A stretch of 64,000 nucleotides of DNA from Patiria miniata (Eukaryota): assembly GCF_015706575.1 (NCBI RefSeq), contig NW_024037076.1, positions 22,605,286 to 22,669,285 of the forward strand, in the 5' to 3' direction. Positions within the stretch are counted from its first letter, which is position 1; each line of letters begins with the position of its first letter. This document shows, one piece after another, positions 61,824 to 64,000 of this stretch. Made by a program: the position numbers and the translations under genes. Below the pieces are notes generated by a model. It saw only the letters and a program-made list of their open reading frames with translations, made no database searches and had not been told where the DNA came from.

Positions 61824-62253
61824 CTAAAATGAAGATAAAAATAGTACCAAAGACGTTAATTGAAGACCATTACATTAAATTACATTGAGTTCTTGCCAAC
61901 ACTTTATAGAGCTGCACAAGCTGTGATGACTAGGTTGCACGTACCCCCCCCCCTCCCCACCCCGTGTGTCCCCCATTTAAAATCTTGAATTGCATAAGCA
62001 ATATACATGTATCATTTACCTTCAGTGTCCCTCCCCCCCCCCCTCCTGAAAAATGGTGCACCCCCAGCTGTGCTACCGCCCTAGATGTTTAATCCTAGTT
62101 ACGGTGCTGCTAGGTTGGCTAAACTCAACCTGGCATATTTATGTTTTCCTCTCAATTCTTCAAAATGCACAAATTATGGAGTTCCTTGGGTCTTTGAGGA
62201 ATCCTCAGTCACATTACTGCCATAAGTAATTCTTGAATTCTGCAGTCCATTAC

Positions 62254-62370
62254 CTGTCTTTGCCATTCATTCTCAGTCTCTGCTATGGTGCTAAACGTAC
62301 TCCCCATCATGGCAATGAGCATGTTGACTAACAGTAATGCCACCAAGACCATGTACACACAGAATAGAAA
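62254..62370 (-). CDS. TRPV-like channel, S6 exon
   Basis: Minus-strand acceptor ttttcctgtgcag, donor cag|gtaatg. [39 protein letters not shown] aligns residue-for-residue with TRPV5/6 [25 protein letters not shown]...ELWRAQ. Frame from ORF 62209..62436(-). Confidence 0.75.
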
Positions 62371-62998
62371 CTGCACAGGAAAACATGGTAAACAAATGTT
62401 TATGACTTCAGGAACAAAATCGGGCAACAATCCCATTTCACTTCACCAAGGCATAATGCTAAGTATTTGAAAATTGTTTGAGAAAACGTTTGGGGAAGAA
62501 AGAAACAATGACACGATAGATATGAGATGGAAAGCAAATAATGAAGAAAATGGAATGAATGTATACAGATGAGAAGTCACCGAAAGGAGCCAAAACAAAA
62601 CACACCTTGAGTGAAGATTAAGAAACCATTAACAGAAAAGGAAGACTGGACACAAGCTAGGAAAGAAAGAAAGCAGAATGAAGAAAACATAAATGCTCAA
62701 ATATAAATATCTAGAGTTTCAATGAACAAAGGATAGGCATACCAACAAAATAATTGCCATGAATACAAGAAGATAAGGGTTTTATACAATAGTTTCAGCT
62801 GAAGTTTGACAATGGTATATTTTGTCAATTGTTTAACTGATTAATCAGTTAATTAATACACAAATGCAATAAAAAAATTAAAAGGCAAAAAAAAAATGGG
62901 AATAAAACTTCTGTACCTTCAACTAGAGAAAAAGGTTTCAACAAAGCCATAATTGCAAATTAAAAAGATATTATTTAGACATTGTTCACATAATTTAC

Positions 62999-63138
62999 CT
63001 TGCCCATTATGGGATATCTTGTTTCATCAAACGTGGCATAGATATCGCCAAATTCACCAAGAGACATGACAAACATTCCAATAACTGAATCCAATAGTTC
63101 AAACTTTCCCGTATATCCAAGGAATACTATATGCATCG
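62999..63138 (-). CDS. TRPV-like channel, pore-loop exon
   Basis: Minus-strand acceptor ttttctag at 63140-63139, donor aag|gtaaat. (A)MHIVFLGYTGKFELLDSVIGMFVMSLGEFGDIYATFDETRYPIMGK contains the selectivity-filter-like GEFGD. Frame from ORF 62975..63214(-). Confidence 0.65.
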
Positions 63139-63718
63139 CTAGAAAATAGAAAAATGGAAGATTAGACACATGATTAAGACTGATCATCAAGTGCATAACT
63201 ATGGTGGGGTGCACGGAAAATCTTCAAAAGATTCTTTAAGATCAAAAAATTATACTCATCATTTTATATTTCACTTTGTGACACTTTTATAACTTTTATG
63301 AGGACAAAAAATTAGCACGTCAAGACTTGGAATTATATACTTGAATTTAGGTTATTTCTCATGGGAACATGTTGCATTTTCTTTTTCAGAGAAAACTTGG
63401 TGATCAAACCGCCTATCTCAATAGACAAATCCTGCGACAGCCATTTTCTGCAGTGGCACCAGGCTTGCGCTAGTCACGCTCAGGTAGTACACAATGCACT
63501 CTGGGCTTCTTTAACCAATGGGACTATCAAAAGGCTTGTGCGCCTCTGCCTCGTCTTTAAGAACAAGTGCAGCATGCGCACGAGCATGACACCACTGCAG
63601 TAAAAGCTTCTAATTCTGGTCGCGGGATTCAGCAACTATTCAGCAAGTATGTACTGGAAATCTCACTCAAACATAAAAAGACTTGTTCCAAGGCAGGACT
63701 TATCACTTATTTTCTTAC

Positions 63719-63828
63719 CTTGGGAGAAGCCAAAGAGGAAGATGAGATAAATGGCAAGGAATTTGAGCAGATCACCGTGAATCATCTTGTAGATCATGAA
63801 GATGAAGGGACCTACAAGCTTCAAAGCT
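63719..63828 (-). CDS. TRPV-like cation channel, S4-S5 linker and S5 exon. This is a partial gene and the upstream exons lie beyond the window end.
   Basis: The minus-strand translation ...[35 protein letters not shown] is close to TRPV5/6 [32 protein letters not shown]. Donor on the minus strand caa g|gtaaga at 63718-63717. The 5' boundary near 63828 is approximate. Confidence 0.55.
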
Positions 63829-64000
63829 CTTAAATGTCAAAAAATATTAACAAAAATGTATCATTAATTGTAAAAACCTAGTTTCTGCAAAACTTAAAGG
63901 GATTTCAAAATGTTCCTTGCAAGCTTTCTGTACAAATGTCTTTTAAACTTTGTTTACTAACTTTCTCTCCATAACACTGTGTTATAATATAACTAGCATG

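Overview
This is eukaryotic nuclear DNA, not prokaryotic. It is AT-rich, has GT-AG introns, and carries many C/G homopolymer tracts and small non-autonomous transposons. The peptide similarities suggest an invertebrate deuterostome, possibly an echinoderm, but that is inference. Nine protein-coding loci can be reconstructed by hand. On the + strand, 5' to 3', they are:
- the last 9 coding exons of huntingtin (HTT), 536-5399;
- an unrecognised 8-TM protein with a Ser-rich tail, 14091-17752;
- a class C GPCR resembling metabotropic glutamate receptors, 2 coding exons, 20576-23829;
- a 17-exon CCDC186-like golgin with an acidic N-terminus, 28205-40342;
- an intronless orphan class A GPCR, 44329-45321;
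- a small insulin/relaxin-superfamily peptide precursor, 50413-50951, with a TATA, E-box and TAAT promoter and a 5'UTR intron;
- an 11-exon secreted or GPI-anchored glycoprotein with an RKRR furin site, 52164-59638.
On the minus strand there is a partial TRPV-like cation channel (S5, pore, S6 and TRP-box exons), 61692-63828, which continues past the window end. A possible promoter and first exon of unknown assignment lies at 7730-8025.
The intergenic space is full of MITE- and SINE-like elements:
- two inverse copies of a ~370 bp TIR element flanking the GPCR terminal exon;
- a 932-bp foldback palindrome with a 10-bp TSD;
- a 'ggcggatccag' MITE family;
- composite tRNA-like TIR elements with nested insertions;
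- assorted minisatellites and microsatellites.
The most interesting item is the unannotated-looking insulin/relaxin-like gene (CG-x10-C B chain, KR/RKR processing sites, CC-x3-C-x10-C A chain). Its A chain resembles echinoderm relaxin-like gonad-stimulating peptide. All exon boundaries are hand-derived from the sequence and ORF track, and none has been checked by database search.
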